Origin: Clostridia bacterium
GTDB taxonomy: Bacteria; Bacillota; Clostridia; Christensenellales; Pumilibacteraceae
Assembly (NCBI GenBank): GCA_013316045.1
Contig: WSNJ01000002.1
Location: forward strand, 743-64,742
DNA: 64,000 nt
Direction: 5' to 3'
Of the stretch, positions 45,497-55,007 are shown in pieces. The position numbers and the translations under genes were made by a program. The notes beneath the pieces are model-generated. The model searched no databases. It had not been told where the DNA came from and worked only from the letters and a program-made list of their open reading frames with translations. Numbering within the stretch: the stretch's first letter is position 1; each line of letters begins with the position of its first letter.

Positions 45497-46107
45497 TGAG
45501 CAGAACCGTTAAAAACGCGCTTATATCCGCCGCGGTACTCGTTGTAATCGCCGTTGTCAGCGTAACTTGTCTTATGCTTGCAAACGCTTTTCTGCCCAAG
45601 TACACGCCTACGCTCGATATTAAGAAGATAGGTCAACTCAGACAGGTCGCGCCCGTCGAAGCCGACGATTCGACCGCTTTGAGCGACGGGTATTATTCGA
45701 TAGTAGGAAGCGACGCGTTCGATTTGGAAAAGTTCAATACGGATAACCGCACGGTCGGCGAAGTCCTTGCCGTTTACAAAGTCGAAAAAGGCGAAAATGC
45801 CGGAATGTATATAACCGAAACGAAAACGGTCGGTTACGGCTCGCAGAACACCGTGCTTCTTACGGCGTACAATGCCGACGCAACTGTTGCGGGACTTATA
45901 AAGCTGCGCGACGACGGCGACTATCTGCTTACCGACTCGGCGCAGTACGAAGCGTTGAGAAACGCCGTTATAGGCAAAAAAGCGATGACGACGGACGAAA
46001 TCAAAATCGCTACGGGAGCTACTGCAAACGGCAGTATAAGCGGCATAGAAAAGAATTTGCGGCTGTCGGGCGATTTGATTGTTTTACTTCTCGGGGAGGG
46101 CGAATAA
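45496..46107 (+). CDS. rnfG: Rnf complex subunit G (FMN-binding)
   Basis: N-terminal TM helix and FMN-attachment motif ATGATANGS. Confidence 0.85.
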   Translation: MSRTVKNALISAAVLVVIAVVSVTCLMLANAFLPKYTPTLDIKKIGQLRQVAPVEADDSTALSDGYYSIVGSDAFDLEKFNTDNRTVGEVLAVYKVEKGENAGMYITETKTVGYGSQNTVLLTAYNADATVAGLIKLRDDGDYLLTDSAQYEALRNAVIGKKAMTTDEIKIATGATANGSISGIEKNLRLSGDLIVLLLGEGE

Positions 46108-46109
46108 CA

Positions 46110-46715
46110 ATGGATAAAAAGAAATTCAGAGAAACGGCGCTCGGCGGCTTGTTTAACAACCCCGTGTTCGTACTCGTTCTGGGAATGTGTCCAACTATCT
46201 CGAAAAGTACGAATATAGTCGACGCTTTCGCGCTCGGAACGGCAACGGCGTTCGTGCTTGTGTTTTCTAACTTATTCGTTTCGGCGCTGAGAAAATTTAT
46301 TCCCGACAAGGTCAGACTTCCCGCGTACATAATCATAATAGCTACTTTCGTTACGCTCGTGCAGATGTTTATCGAATCGTTCTTGCCCGACCTGAACGAG
46401 AGCATAGGCGCGTTTATATCGCTTATAGTCGTCAACTGTATCATTCTTGCGCGCGCCGAATCGTTTGCGAGCAAAAACAGCGTGGGCTATGCCGTGCTCG
46501 ACGGGTTGTCGATGGGCGTGGGTTTTATTTTCTCGATTTGTCTGCTCGGCGGCATTCGTCAGTTGCTCGGTATGGCGGGAATGAAAGTTTTCGTAACGAC
46601 TCCCGGCGGATTTATCGTTCTCGGTCTTATGATGGCGCTTTTCAATTACCTGCTTTCGATTTATAAGGCGCATCAGGCAAAAAAGACCGCGCAAATCTTG
46701 AAGGGGGTGGCGTAA
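46110..46715 (+). CDS. rnfE: Rnf complex subunit E
   Basis: NPVFVLVLGMCP, LIVVNCIILARAE. Confidence 0.9.
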   Translation: MDKKKFRETALGGLFNNPVFVLVLGMCPTISKSTNIVDAFALGTATAFVLVFSNLFVSALRKFIPDKVRLPAYIIIIATFVTLVQMFIESFLPDLNESIGAFISLIVVNCIILARAESFASKNSVGYAVLDGLSMGVGFIFSICLLGGIRQLLGMAGMKVFVTTPGGFIVLGLMMALFNYLLSIYKAHQAKKTAQILKGVA

Positions 46716-46716
46716 A

Positions 46717-47304
46717 ATGTATATTTCTACGTTGATTACGATAGTAGTAGCCGGAATACTCACCAACAACATAGTTCTAAATCAGTCGATAGGTATCTGC
46801 CCGTTTCTTGGCGTAAGCAAAAAGACCGAGTCGGCGGTGGGTATGGGGATAGCCGTAACGTTCGTTATTACGATTGCGTCGGTCGTGTGCTACGTGCTGT
46901 ATCACTTTGTTCTCGCGCCGCTCAGGCTCGAATATCTGCAAACGATTACTTTTATTCTGATAATCGCCGCGCTTGTGCAAATGCTCGACATAGTAATTAA
47001 AAAGTTCAGTCCGTCGTTGTATCAGTCGCTCGGCGTGTACTTGGCTCTGATAACGACGAACTGCGCCGTTTTGGGTACCGCCAATAACGTTATTACGAAC
47101 GGTTACGATTTGCTTCAAACTTTTATCAGCGCGCTGTGCGTCGGTTTGGGCTTTACACTCGCGCTGATTTTGATGTCGGGCATACGCGAAAAGGTGGAAG
47201 TTTCGCACGTTCCGAAGCCGTTCAAGGGCTTGCCGATTGCGCTTATTATTGCGGGCATTATGGCTTTGGCGTTTGCCGGGTTTGCGGGATTGAGTTTTAC
47301 TTAA
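46717..47304 (+). CDS. rnfA: Rnf complex subunit A
   Basis: NNIVLNQSIGICPFLGVS, LITTNCAVLG. Confidence 0.9.
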   Translation: MYISTLITIVVAGILTNNIVLNQSIGICPFLGVSKKTESAVGMGIAVTFVITIASVVCYVLYHFVLAPLRLEYLQTITFILIIAALVQMLDIVIKKFSPSLYQSLGVYLALITTNCAVLGTANNVITNGYDLLQTFISALCVGLGFTLALILMSGIREKVEVSHVPKPFKGLPIALIIAGIMALAFAGFAGLSFT

Positions 47305-47478
47305 TGCCGCCTAATGCGACGTATAGCGGCACGTCTTTCCGCTACGCTTGCCGCGCAAACTCGGTCGAGTACGCCAAAGTACACTCGCTCGTTTGCGCGT
47401 CAACTGTTGCGGAAATCCGCACCGTTCTCCGCCGCCTTGAAACTTGTCCTTTCAAAAAATTAAGGAGTTTATTGACTT

Positions 47479-48303
47479 ATGGAAATATTCTTGAAATTTA
47501 TAGTTCCGATTCTTATATTTATCGTTATTGCGGCGGTAATCGGTTTCGGACTTGCGTTTTTGGCTGAAAAAATCAAGGTCGAGCGCGACCCCAAAATCGA
47601 CGACGTGGCGCGTTATCTTGCGGGCGCGAATTGCGGCGGTTGCGGCTATGCCGGTTGCGACGCTTTTGCCGAAGCTCTCGTAAAGGGCGAAGCTAAGATT
47701 GACAAGTGCAATCCCACGAGCGCGGAAAACAAGAAGAACATTGCGAAAATTCTCGGCGCGGGCGATGGCGACTTTAAGCGAATGGTTGCGGTCGTTCATT
47801 GCAACGGCGGGAACAAGTGCCGCGAAAAATACGAATATCAGGGGTTCGGGGATTGTCAGTCCGCCGAACTTATCGCGGGAGGAAACAAGGCGTGCCGCGT
47901 AGGTTGTATGGGGCTGGGGAGCTGTAACGAATACTGCAAGTACGGCGCGGTATCGGTGAATAAAGACACCGGCGTTGCCGTTGTAGACAGCTCTAAGTGT
48001 ACGGCTTGCGGCGCGTGCGTGTCGGCTTGTCCGAAAAAGATTATAAGCCGTATTCCCGCGACCGCAAAGGTTTACGTTGCTTGCTCGAATACCCGGCGCG
48101 GAAAAGAAGTGCGTTCCGTTTGCGAGAACGGCTGCATAGCGTGCGGGCTTTGCGAAAAGAAGTGTCCCGTCGGCGCGATAAAAGTGTCCAACAACCTTGC
48201 TATGATAGATTACGACAAGTGCATAGGCTGTATGGCTTGCAAGAACGCCTGCCCGAGCAAGTGTATTCACGAGTACAAATTCGACGGCGTGCTCGAATCC
48301 TGA
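47479..48303 (+). CDS. rnfB: Rnf complex subunit B
   Basis: N-terminal TM helix, CGGCGYAGC, and multiple 4Fe-4S ferredoxin motifs (CTACGACVSACP, CIACGLCEKKCP, CIGCMACKNACP). Confidence 0.9.
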   Translation: MEIFLKFIVPILIFIVIAAVIGFGLAFLAEKIKVERDPKIDDVARYLAGANCGGCGYAGCDAFAEALVKGEAKIDKCNPTSAENKKNIAKILGAGDGDFKRMVAVVHCNGGNKCREKYEYQGFGDCQSAELIAGGNKACRVGCMGLGSCNEYCKYGAVSVNKDTGVAVVDSSKCTACGACVSACPKKIISRIPATAKVYVACSNTRRGKEVRSVCENGCIACGLCEKKCPVGAIKVSNNLAMIDYDKCIGCMACKNACPSKCIHEYKFDGVLES

Positions 48304-48341
48304 TTCGTAAGTTTGCGCTTTTAACCGAATAAAATAATATT

Positions 48342-48378
48342 AAGAACCGTTTACAATTCCGAAAACGGTTCTTTTTTT
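48342..48378 (+). terminator. intrinsic terminator of the rnf operon
   Basis: AAGAACCGTTT (48342-48352) pairs with AAACGGTTCTT (48363-48373), followed by a T-tract. Confidence 0.85.
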
Positions 48379-48445
48379 ATACTTTCCGTCATAGATTAAA
48401 ATATGCGAAAGACGGAAAACTTTTCGCTTTACGAATACGACTTAA

Positions 48446-48477
48446 ATATACAAAAAATCACCAAGATATACAAAAAA
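48446..48477 (+). repeat. two copies of ATATACAAAAAA spaced 20 nt
   Basis: Copies at 48446-48457 and 48466-48477. A third, extended copy lies at 52771-52790. Confidence 0.55.
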
Positions 48478-48517
48478 CTTAACGAAAAATATTGTAAAAT
48501 AGGAGAGTAATTTCGAA

Positions 48518-49288
48518 ATGAAATTCGTAACGGTTAAGAAAAAAAGTTTGATTGCGTTTTGCGCTACCGCCGTATTCGCGGCATTGATTGCCGTGGGCGT
48601 ATGCTTGACGGGTGCGGCGCAGGTTTGGGGCGGTCAGAGTACGCGCAAGTTGCCCATTTATTGCGTAGACAAGGGCGAAGAAAAAGTAGTCGCCATTTCG
48701 TTTGACGCTTGCTGGGGTAACGAAAAGACTGCGGGCATTCTCGAAACGCTCGAAAAGCACGACGTTAAGGCTAACTATTTCGTCGTCGGTTCGTGGGCGG
48801 AGCAGTACAAGGACGACCTTAAAATGCTCGCGGACAGCGGCAGAGTCGAGATAGGAACGCACAGCAACACGCATCCGCATATGCCTAAGCTGTCGGTCAA
48901 GCAGATGGAACTCGAACTCACGACTTCCAACGCGCTCATCGAAAACATAACGGGTAAGAAAGTGGAACTGTTCCGCGCGCCTTACGGCGATTACAGCGAC
49001 GCTATGCTTAAAACGGCGGAAGACCTGGGACTTTTCACGATTCAATGGGACGTTGATTCGCTCGATTGGAAAAACCTTTCGGCGGGCGAAATTACAAACA
49101 GGATACTAAGCGGCGTAAAGCCCGGCAGTATAGTACTTATGCACAACGACGGCAAGAACACTCTCGCGGCGTTGCCCGCAATCATCGAAGGACTGAAAAA
49201 CAAAGGCTACTCGTTTGTAACTATCGGAGAACTCATTATGCGCGAGAACTACACGATAGACCACACGGGCAAGCAGATAAAAATCTAA
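48518..49288 (+). CDS. polysaccharide deacetylase family protein (PdaB-like)
   Basis: Signal/TM N-terminus. NodB motifs SFDACWG, HSNTHPHM, RAPYG, LMHN. Confidence 0.8.
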   Translation: MKFVTVKKKSLIAFCATAVFAALIAVGVCLTGAAQVWGGQSTRKLPIYCVDKGEEKVVAISFDACWGNEKTAGILETLEKHDVKANYFVVGSWAEQYKDDLKMLADSGRVEIGTHSNTHPHMPKLSVKQMELELTTSNALIENITGKKVELFRAPYGDYSDAMLKTAEDLGLFTIQWDVDSLDWKNLSAGEITNRILSGVKPGSIVLMHNDGKNTLAALPAIIEGLKNKGYSFVTIGELIMRENYTIDHTGKQIKI

Positions 49289-49300
49289 GGAGATAAACTT

Positions 49301-49918
49301 ATGACGGAAAGCACAACAACGCAAAGCAACAAGGTCTACTTATGCGGAACGGTCGAATCGGACCCCGTATACAGCCACGAGCTGTACGGCGAAGGTTTTT
49401 ACGAGTTTCTGCTTAAAGTTCCGCGCTTATCGCAGCAAAACGACATTATTCCCGTAACGGTTTCGGAAAGACTGCTCGGCGGCGCGAACTTAACTGTCGG
49501 AACGAAAATAGCTCTTAACGGACAGTTCCGAAGCTATAACAAAATGGTGGACGAAAAGAGCAAACTTATGCTTACGGTGTTCGTAAGAGATTTTTGCGAA
49601 CCGCTCGAAGAAAACCCGAATACGGTGGAACTCGCCGGATATATATGTAAGCCGCCTATTTACAGAACTACGCCTTTCAACCGCGAAATATGCGATTTGC
49701 TTATCGCCGTGAACAGAGCGTACAATAAGTCCGATTACATTCCGTGTATTGCCTGGGGCAGAAACGCGCGCTTTGTAAAGAACGCGGAAGTGGGACAGAA
49801 GCTCGTAATTCAGGGCAGAATACAGAGCCGCGAGTACGTGAAAAAACTGTCCGAAACCGAGAGTGAAACGCGCGTCGCTTACGAACTTTCCGTAAATAAA
49901 ATCAATCTGGAAGATTAA
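49301..49918 (+). CDS. tandem OB-fold SSB/PriB-like protein
   Basis: Two ~100-aa halves with the same pattern (L.G.V...P.Y...........F.L.V.R.S...D.IP....) and no acidic C-terminal SSB tail. Confidence 0.45.
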   Translation: MTESTTTQSNKVYLCGTVESDPVYSHELYGEGFYEFLLKVPRLSQQNDIIPVTVSERLLGGANLTVGTKIALNGQFRSYNKMVDEKSKLMLTVFVRDFCEPLEENPNTVELAGYICKPPIYRTTPFNREICDLLIAVNRAYNKSDYIPCIAWGRNARFVKNAEVGQKLVIQGRIQSREYVKKLSETESETRVAYELSVNKINLED

Positions 49919-52635
49919 AATTCCGAATCTTTATCGAATTTGTTTTCGTCGACCTTGTTTATCTTGTTGCGCTTTATAACGTAAGCTCTTGCGCAAAGGA
50001 ATATTATAAGCGCGACGGTTATGATTATAAGTACCACGGCGACTATTTTAACTATGTTAACGCCTTGGTACTTTATATTTGCCGTTTCTACGAACGCCGT
50101 AACCGTGCCGTTGGGCGTGTAAAATGCGATTTGCGTAAACGGTTCGGACGAATCGAACGCGCCGATAACTTCGACTTTCGTGCCCACGGACAATGGTTCG
50201 AATCTGTTATCGGCGACTATTTCGCCGTTTTCGTTCTTTTTGTAAACGATAGCGCCCGCGGTCGGAACGTTTTTGTCCTTTGCGATTATTTCGGCGTTGA
50301 CTTGCGGACGGACAGACATATCGGGATTGCCCGCGAGCACAGAAACAGTGCTTGCAACCACAAAGCCCTCGTACTCGACGTTATCCTTTTTCAGTAACAC
50401 TCTGTACCATCTGTGATTGTTCAAAAGCGTTTCGGAGTCGGGGAAGTTGTCCGTGTAGCCGTAAATTATGCCGCCGGGAGTTTGCTCGTAAACGAAGTCG
50501 AGAATTTTGAAAGAAGTTCCCTTGTCCGCGCTTTCGTCAATCTTCGGAGCCTGGCGCGACGGGTATTTATATACGGGAACGCTGCTTATCCACGCCGAAC
50601 ACTCGGTTTCGTGTTCGTCGGTATAGGGGAGCGGGTCGGATAAAAATTCGTTGTGAACGTAGCCCGTTATAATCGGGTCTTTATCGTAGTTCGACGAACC
50701 TAAAATAACGTTGTCCGCAAATACGAGCGAGAACGCGCCGTCCGAGTTATATTCGGGGACTATAACTTTATAGCCGTAAGGGAGCGTTCTGAGAAGCGTA
50801 ACTTCCGAGCTTTGCGCGTATACTTCCGCGCCCGCGGGGTTAATAACGGTGCGGATTAAAGGTGCGGACAGGTTTACGGGAATCGGGTTTGCGTCGACTG
50901 CGGGCGGAGTTGTAACGTCGCCTATATCGACGCCGAAATCGGAACACGGAACGGTTCTTATGCGGTGTCCGACCGATTCGGTTACTATTATATCGCGGTA
51001 GCCGAGCGCGGCGTTCGATACGTTGGAAACGGTTATTCCCGAAAGCGTAAGACAGTTCGTTATAACGTGCTGTTCGCCCAATTCGTAAGTGAGATTTTCC
51101 ACGCGGTTGTAGCGCGATATTCTGTCGCCGACTTGCAGAACGTAAACGGAGTTGTCTGCGTCTACGGCTATATCTTTTACGCTCGGCAAAGAAATTCCCG
51201 TGTTTTCTGCTTGCGTTCCGTTTATGCGTTTTACCGTTTTTTTGCCGTCGGCTCCGTCTACCGTTATATACACGTACGCGCTGTTCGGAGATACGTCCAA
51301 AAGGCTTACGTTTTCCGCCGCGCCTTCAAGCGGTGCAAAGTCGTTTTCGCCCGCGGGCTTTGTGAATATCGCGCCGCTTTTGGAAAGCAAGTACAGCGTG
51401 CCTTTCAAGTCGCATTTTATATCGGCGACGGCGACTTTTTCGGTATAAGTTTCGCCGTTTGCGTTCTTAACCGAAATTTTTTCGTTTTCGGGCGAAGTGA
51501 GCCGCTCGAAAGACGCGTCGAATACGGCTATTCTGTTTTCGGAATACGCCGCGTAAATATTGCCCGTGTGGTCGGACGCCACGGCTATCGGGCGGAATAG
51601 ATTATCGCTTAAAGCCGAATATTTTTCGCCGTCGTGAATTACGATGCGGTCGTTGTTTCTGTCGGCTATGTAAGTTCTGTTTTTGCGCGTTATAACGTCG
51701 GACGGCGAACTGAAAAAGCCGAGTTCGTCGGAAGCGGACGCGAGCACGCAGGTTGTTTCCGACAGCGATTTTCCGTAGCGCGTTACCGCTTTGTTTGCGT
51801 CGAGAACGAATATATTTCCGCCGCTTGCCGTCATCGCCAAAGCGTCGGTTTCGGTCTGAACGTTCGCGCCGACTATAAGTTCGTCGATTCCGCGTTCGTA
51901 TAGCGAAATTCCCTTATTGTTGAGTACGGCAAGATAGTTTTCGCTCGCTTGCATAGCAATTATTTCGGATAAATTCTCGACCGCCGTTTCGGTTTCGTTT
52001 TGCGCGGTAAAATACGAAATATCGTCGCGCCGAGCAGAGCCGCGCTTGTGCGAAACGTAAACCGTGCCGTTAAGAACGGCAAAAGTCTTTATTGCATAGG
52101 GGGAAGTAAAAGTTTTAACGTCGGTTTCCGTGCGGCTGTATCTGACTATTTCCGTTTCGCTAATCTGCGCATAGATATGCGTTTCGTCTACAAATACTCC
52201 GCGGCAGTCGTTGCCGAAATCCGCAATCGGAGTTCTGCCGTCGTTGTTGTAAAGATAAACTTCTCCGTTTTCAACCGTTACCGCGGTTTCGCCGCGAACG
52301 GAGAAATAAGACGGCGCGACCTGTATTTGCGCGCCCGAAAACAGCGGATAATCGGAAACGGCAAAACTTAAAAGCGAGAAACGCTTTATCTCGGTTCCGT
52401 CGAGCACGTACAGAAAATCGCCGTCCGCTCCGAGCGCAACGGGGTCGTCGAAAAGGTGGTAAACGGTTTTCGTCTGTTCTTCCTTGGGCGGCGCGAACGC
52501 TTGCGACTCTGCGTCGGCGCGGGCTTGCGTCTGCCCGTTTTGCGATAAGAGCGGAGTAAAACAAAGCGCAAGCGCAATGAGCGCAATTACGCAAAATACC
52601 GTAAATTTTCTTCTTCCGTGCGATAACGATTTCAT
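49915..52635 (-). CDS. 906-aa surface protein: signal peptide, NHL/beta-propeller-like repeats, SH3b-like region, C-terminal TM anchor
   Basis: Signal peptide ...ALALCFTPLLSQ. About 10 blade-like repeats (e.g. RTYIADRNNDRIVIHD, GNIYAAYSENRIAVFD). C-terminal IVAVVLIIITVALIIFLCA plus a short charged tail. Confidence 0.65.
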   Translation of the reverse strand: MKSLSHGRRKFTVFCVIALIALALCFTPLLSQNGQTQARADAESQAFAPPKEEQTKTVYHLFDDPVALGADGDFLYVLDGTEIKRFSLLSFAVSDYPLFSGAQIQVAPSYFSVRGETAVTVENGEVYLYNNDGRTPIADFGNDCRGVFVDETHIYAQISETEIVRYSRTETDVKTFTSPYAIKTFAVLNGTVYVSHKRGSARRDDISYFTAQNETETAVENLSEIIAMQASENYLAVLNNKGISLYERGIDELIVGANVQTETDALAMTASGGNIFVLDANKAVTRYGKSLSETTCVLASASDELGFFSSPSDVITRKNRTYIADRNNDRIVIHDGEKYSALSDNLFRPIAVASDHTGNIYAAYSENRIAVFDASFERLTSPENEKISVKNANGETYTEKVAVADIKCDLKGTLYLLSKSGAIFTKPAGENDFAPLEGAAENVSLLDVSPNSAYVYITVDGADGKKTVKRINGTQAENTGISLPSVKDIAVDADNSVYVLQVGDRISRYNRVENLTYELGEQHVITNCLTLSGITVSNVSNAALGYRDIIVTESVGHRIRTVPCSDFGVDIGDVTTPPAVDANPIPVNLSAPLIRTVINPAGAEVYAQSSEVTLLRTLPYGYKVIVPEYNSDGAFSLVFADNVILGSSNYDKDPIITGYVHNEFLSDPLPYTDEHETECSAWISSVPVYKYPSRQAPKIDESADKGTSFKILDFVYEQTPGGIIYGYTDNFPDSETLLNNHRWYRVLLKKDNVEYEGFVVASTVSVLAGNPDMSVRPQVNAEIIAKDKNVPTAGAIVYKKNENGEIVADNRFEPLSVGTKVEVIGAFDSSEPFTQIAFYTPNGTVTAFVETANIKYQGVNIVKIVAVVLIIITVALIIFLCARAYVIKRNKINKVDENKFDKDSEF

Positions 52636-52845
52636 AATATATAATTATACCATAAAGGAAAGGGATTTGTAAATTATTTGCGCGCGTGTTTTGCACAGTT
52701 AAATCGCGCCCGAAACGCTCTGGATTTGCTTCAAAACGCTCGGAAATCGCCGCAAATTATTGAACTTAGTTAAAATATACAAAAATTCACAATTAAATTC
52801 AGTTAATTTATTTTTCAAAAGGGTCTATACAACGACCGCAATATA

Positions 52846-52854
52846 TGGTATAAT
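52846..52854 (+). promoter_or_regulatory. extended -10 promoter upstream of ppx
   Basis: TGgTATAAT. The predicted start near 52861 falls at the GTACAAA ... TTTGTAC inverted repeat (52861-52892). Confidence 0.45.
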
Positions 52855-52936
52855 CATATAGTACAAATCAGTACCGATAGTATTGTTTGTACAAATTTGC
52901 ATAAATATCACGGCAAGAAAAAGAGAGGTTAAATTT

Positions 52937-54451
52937 GTGGAAAGAATTGCGGTTATAGACCTTGGGAGCAATTCGGCTCGTTTAGTTATTGCAAACATAC
53001 TCCCGGGTGGGCATTTTGTTATTTTCGACGAATTGAAAGAACAGGTAAGATTAGGTCAGGATATGGAGCGCGACGGATTCCTTAAACCGTCCCGCGTGGC
53101 GCAAGCGGTTAAGACGCTTAAAATGTTCAGAAAGCTCTGCGACAGCTACGGCGTAGATAAGGTGTACGCGATAGCAACGAATGCGGTACGCCGCGCAAAG
53201 AACCAAAAGAGTTTTCTCGAAGAGATAAATTCGGTTTGCGGTTTCAAGTTCAAGGTGCTTACGGAAGAAGAAGAGGCGATACATATTTATCAGGGCGTAA
53301 TCAATTCGCTCGACGTTCCGAAAGCCGTTATAGTCGATATTTCGGGAAGCAGTACGCAGCTTATTCATTACAACAGGCGCAATCTTCTGAACCGCGAAAA
53401 TCTGCCGTTCGGAACGATAACGCTTTCTGACCTTTTCAACGACCCGAACTTGGCTCCGCAAGAACAAGCCAAGATGATAGAAACTTACGTCAAGGACCAG
53501 TTCTCGCAGATAAGTTGGCTTAAAGACATCGACCCCGACGTTCAGTTCGTAGGCGTGGGCGGGTCTTTCCGTAACCTTGCGAAGATTTGCAGAAGAATGA
53601 AGCGTTATCCGATGGATATGACTCATAACTTCAACGTTTCCGTTTCGGACTTCAATTCCATATACGATATGGTAAAAGTTCTCGACGCGGACAAGCGTAC
53701 CAAAATCAAAGGGCTTTCCGTCGAGCGCGCCGATATTTTCTCGTCGGCTCTCGCTTGCATAAAAGGGTTTTTCGATTTCACGGGTTATCAGAATCTCGTT
53801 GTGTCCGGCTCGGGTATACGCGAAGGCATTATCTTCAATCACGCCGTTCCGACTACCGTTGAAAAGCCTATAACAGACGTTCTCGGGCATTCGGTTTACA
53901 CGATGATGAACCATTACGAACTGAATATTCCGCACGCGGAACACGTTTGCAATCTGGCTATTCAGCTTTATAAGCAGTTAAGGGTTCTGCATAAGTTGCC
54001 GCGTCAGTATATCAAAGTTCTGCGCGTAGCGGCGCTTCTTCACGACGCGGGTATGAGAATAAAATATTACGACCACCCGAAGCACTCGTTTTACTTTATT
54101 ATAAACTCGAATATGTACGGCATAAGCCACCGCGATTTAGTGCTTGCCGCGTTTGTGGCGCAAGGGCACAGAACGGAAGAGTTCAGTATGCAGGAGTGGA
54201 ACAAGTACAAGGATATTTTGCGCGAAGAAGACCTTGTTGCCGTGCTGAAACTTTCGGTTATACTCAGAATAGCCGAGAGCCTTGACCGCTCGATGTCGGG
54301 TAACGTAAAAACGCTTAATTGCGACGTGCTCGGCGATTCGGTTATTATGAAAACGGAAGTTGAAGGCGATTGCTCGCTCGAAATAAAAGACGCGCTTACG
54401 GCGGGAGCCGAATTTGCGCGCGCGTACAAGAAAAATCTTGAAATACTCTGA
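52937..54451 (+). CDS. ppx: Ppx/GppA family phosphatase with C-terminal HD domain
   Basis: AVIDLGSNSARLVI, DISGSSTQL, HD-domain LHDAG. GTG start 8 nt after AGAGAGG. Confidence 0.85.
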   Translation: MERIAVIDLGSNSARLVIANILPGGHFVIFDELKEQVRLGQDMERDGFLKPSRVAQAVKTLKMFRKLCDSYGVDKVYAIATNAVRRAKNQKSFLEEINSVCGFKFKVLTEEEEAIHIYQGVINSLDVPKAVIVDISGSSTQLIHYNRRNLLNRENLPFGTITLSDLFNDPNLAPQEQAKMIETYVKDQFSQISWLKDIDPDVQFVGVGGSFRNLAKICRRMKRYPMDMTHNFNVSVSDFNSIYDMVKVLDADKRTKIKGLSVERADIFSSALACIKGFFDFTGYQNLVVSGSGIREGIIFNHAVPTTVEKPITDVLGHSVYTMMNHYELNIPHAEHVCNLAIQLYKQLRVLHKLPRQYIKVLRVAALLHDAGMRIKYYDHPKHSFYFIINSNMYGISHRDLVLAAFVAQGHRTEEFSMQEWNKYKDILREEDLVAVLKLSVILRIAESLDRSMSGNVKTLNCDVLGDSVIMKTEVEGDCSLEIKDALTAGAEFARAYKKNLEIL

Positions 54452-55007
54452 GATAATTCTCGCATCGGCTTCGCCGCGTAGGCGCGAACTCGTTAAGAAA
54501 ATAGACGGCTTTTCGTTTACGGCGAAGCCGTCTTTTGCAGATGAGAACTACGGCGGACTGTCGGGCGCGGAAGAAATAACCGTTTTTCTCGCGGAGAAAA
54601 AAGCGACGGAAGTTTTTTCGCGTTTCGGCGGACTCGTACTCGGTGCGGATACGGTAGTGGTTTCTCCGAGCGGCGAAATTCTCGGGAAACCGAGCTGCGC
54701 AAAGCAAGCCGAAAGTATGTTTGCAACGCTCTGCGGAAGAACGCATACGGTCGTTACGGGCGTTTGTCTGCTCTGTAAAGAGAAAAAAGTTGCGAAATTT
54801 GAAAAAACATACGTTACTTTTGGTGCATTCGACGAGAAAATAGTGTATAATTATATAGAATCGGGCAATGCTTACGATAAAGCAGGGGGCTACGGCATTC
54901 AGGACGCGGAGCTAAAACCGCTTATAAAGCGCGTTGACGGCGACGTGGATAACGTAATCGGTTTGCCTGTGCGCCTCGTGAAAGAAATGTTAAAGGAGAG
55001 TTTTTGA
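54414..55007 (+). CDS. maf: Maf family nucleoside triphosphate pyrophosphatase
   Basis: ILASASPRRRELV, GADTVV, GGYGIQD. The true start may be the in-frame TTG at 54438. Confidence 0.8.
   Translation: MRARTRKILKYSEIILASASPRRRELVKKIDGFSFTAKPSFADENYGGLSGAEEITVFLAEKKATEVFSRFGGLVLGADTVVVSPSGEILGKPSCAKQAESMFATLCGRTHTVVTGVCLLCKEKKVAKFEKTYVTFGAFDEKIVYNYIESGNAYDKAGGYGIQDAELKPLIKRVDGDVDNVIGLPVRLVKEMLKESF

Noticed and set aside
47136-47567. 143-aa ORF bridging the rnfA-rnfB spacer.
   Set aside because: It overlaps both rnfA and rnfB out of frame and is Arg/Cys-rich with no SD. The spacer is treated as non-coding.
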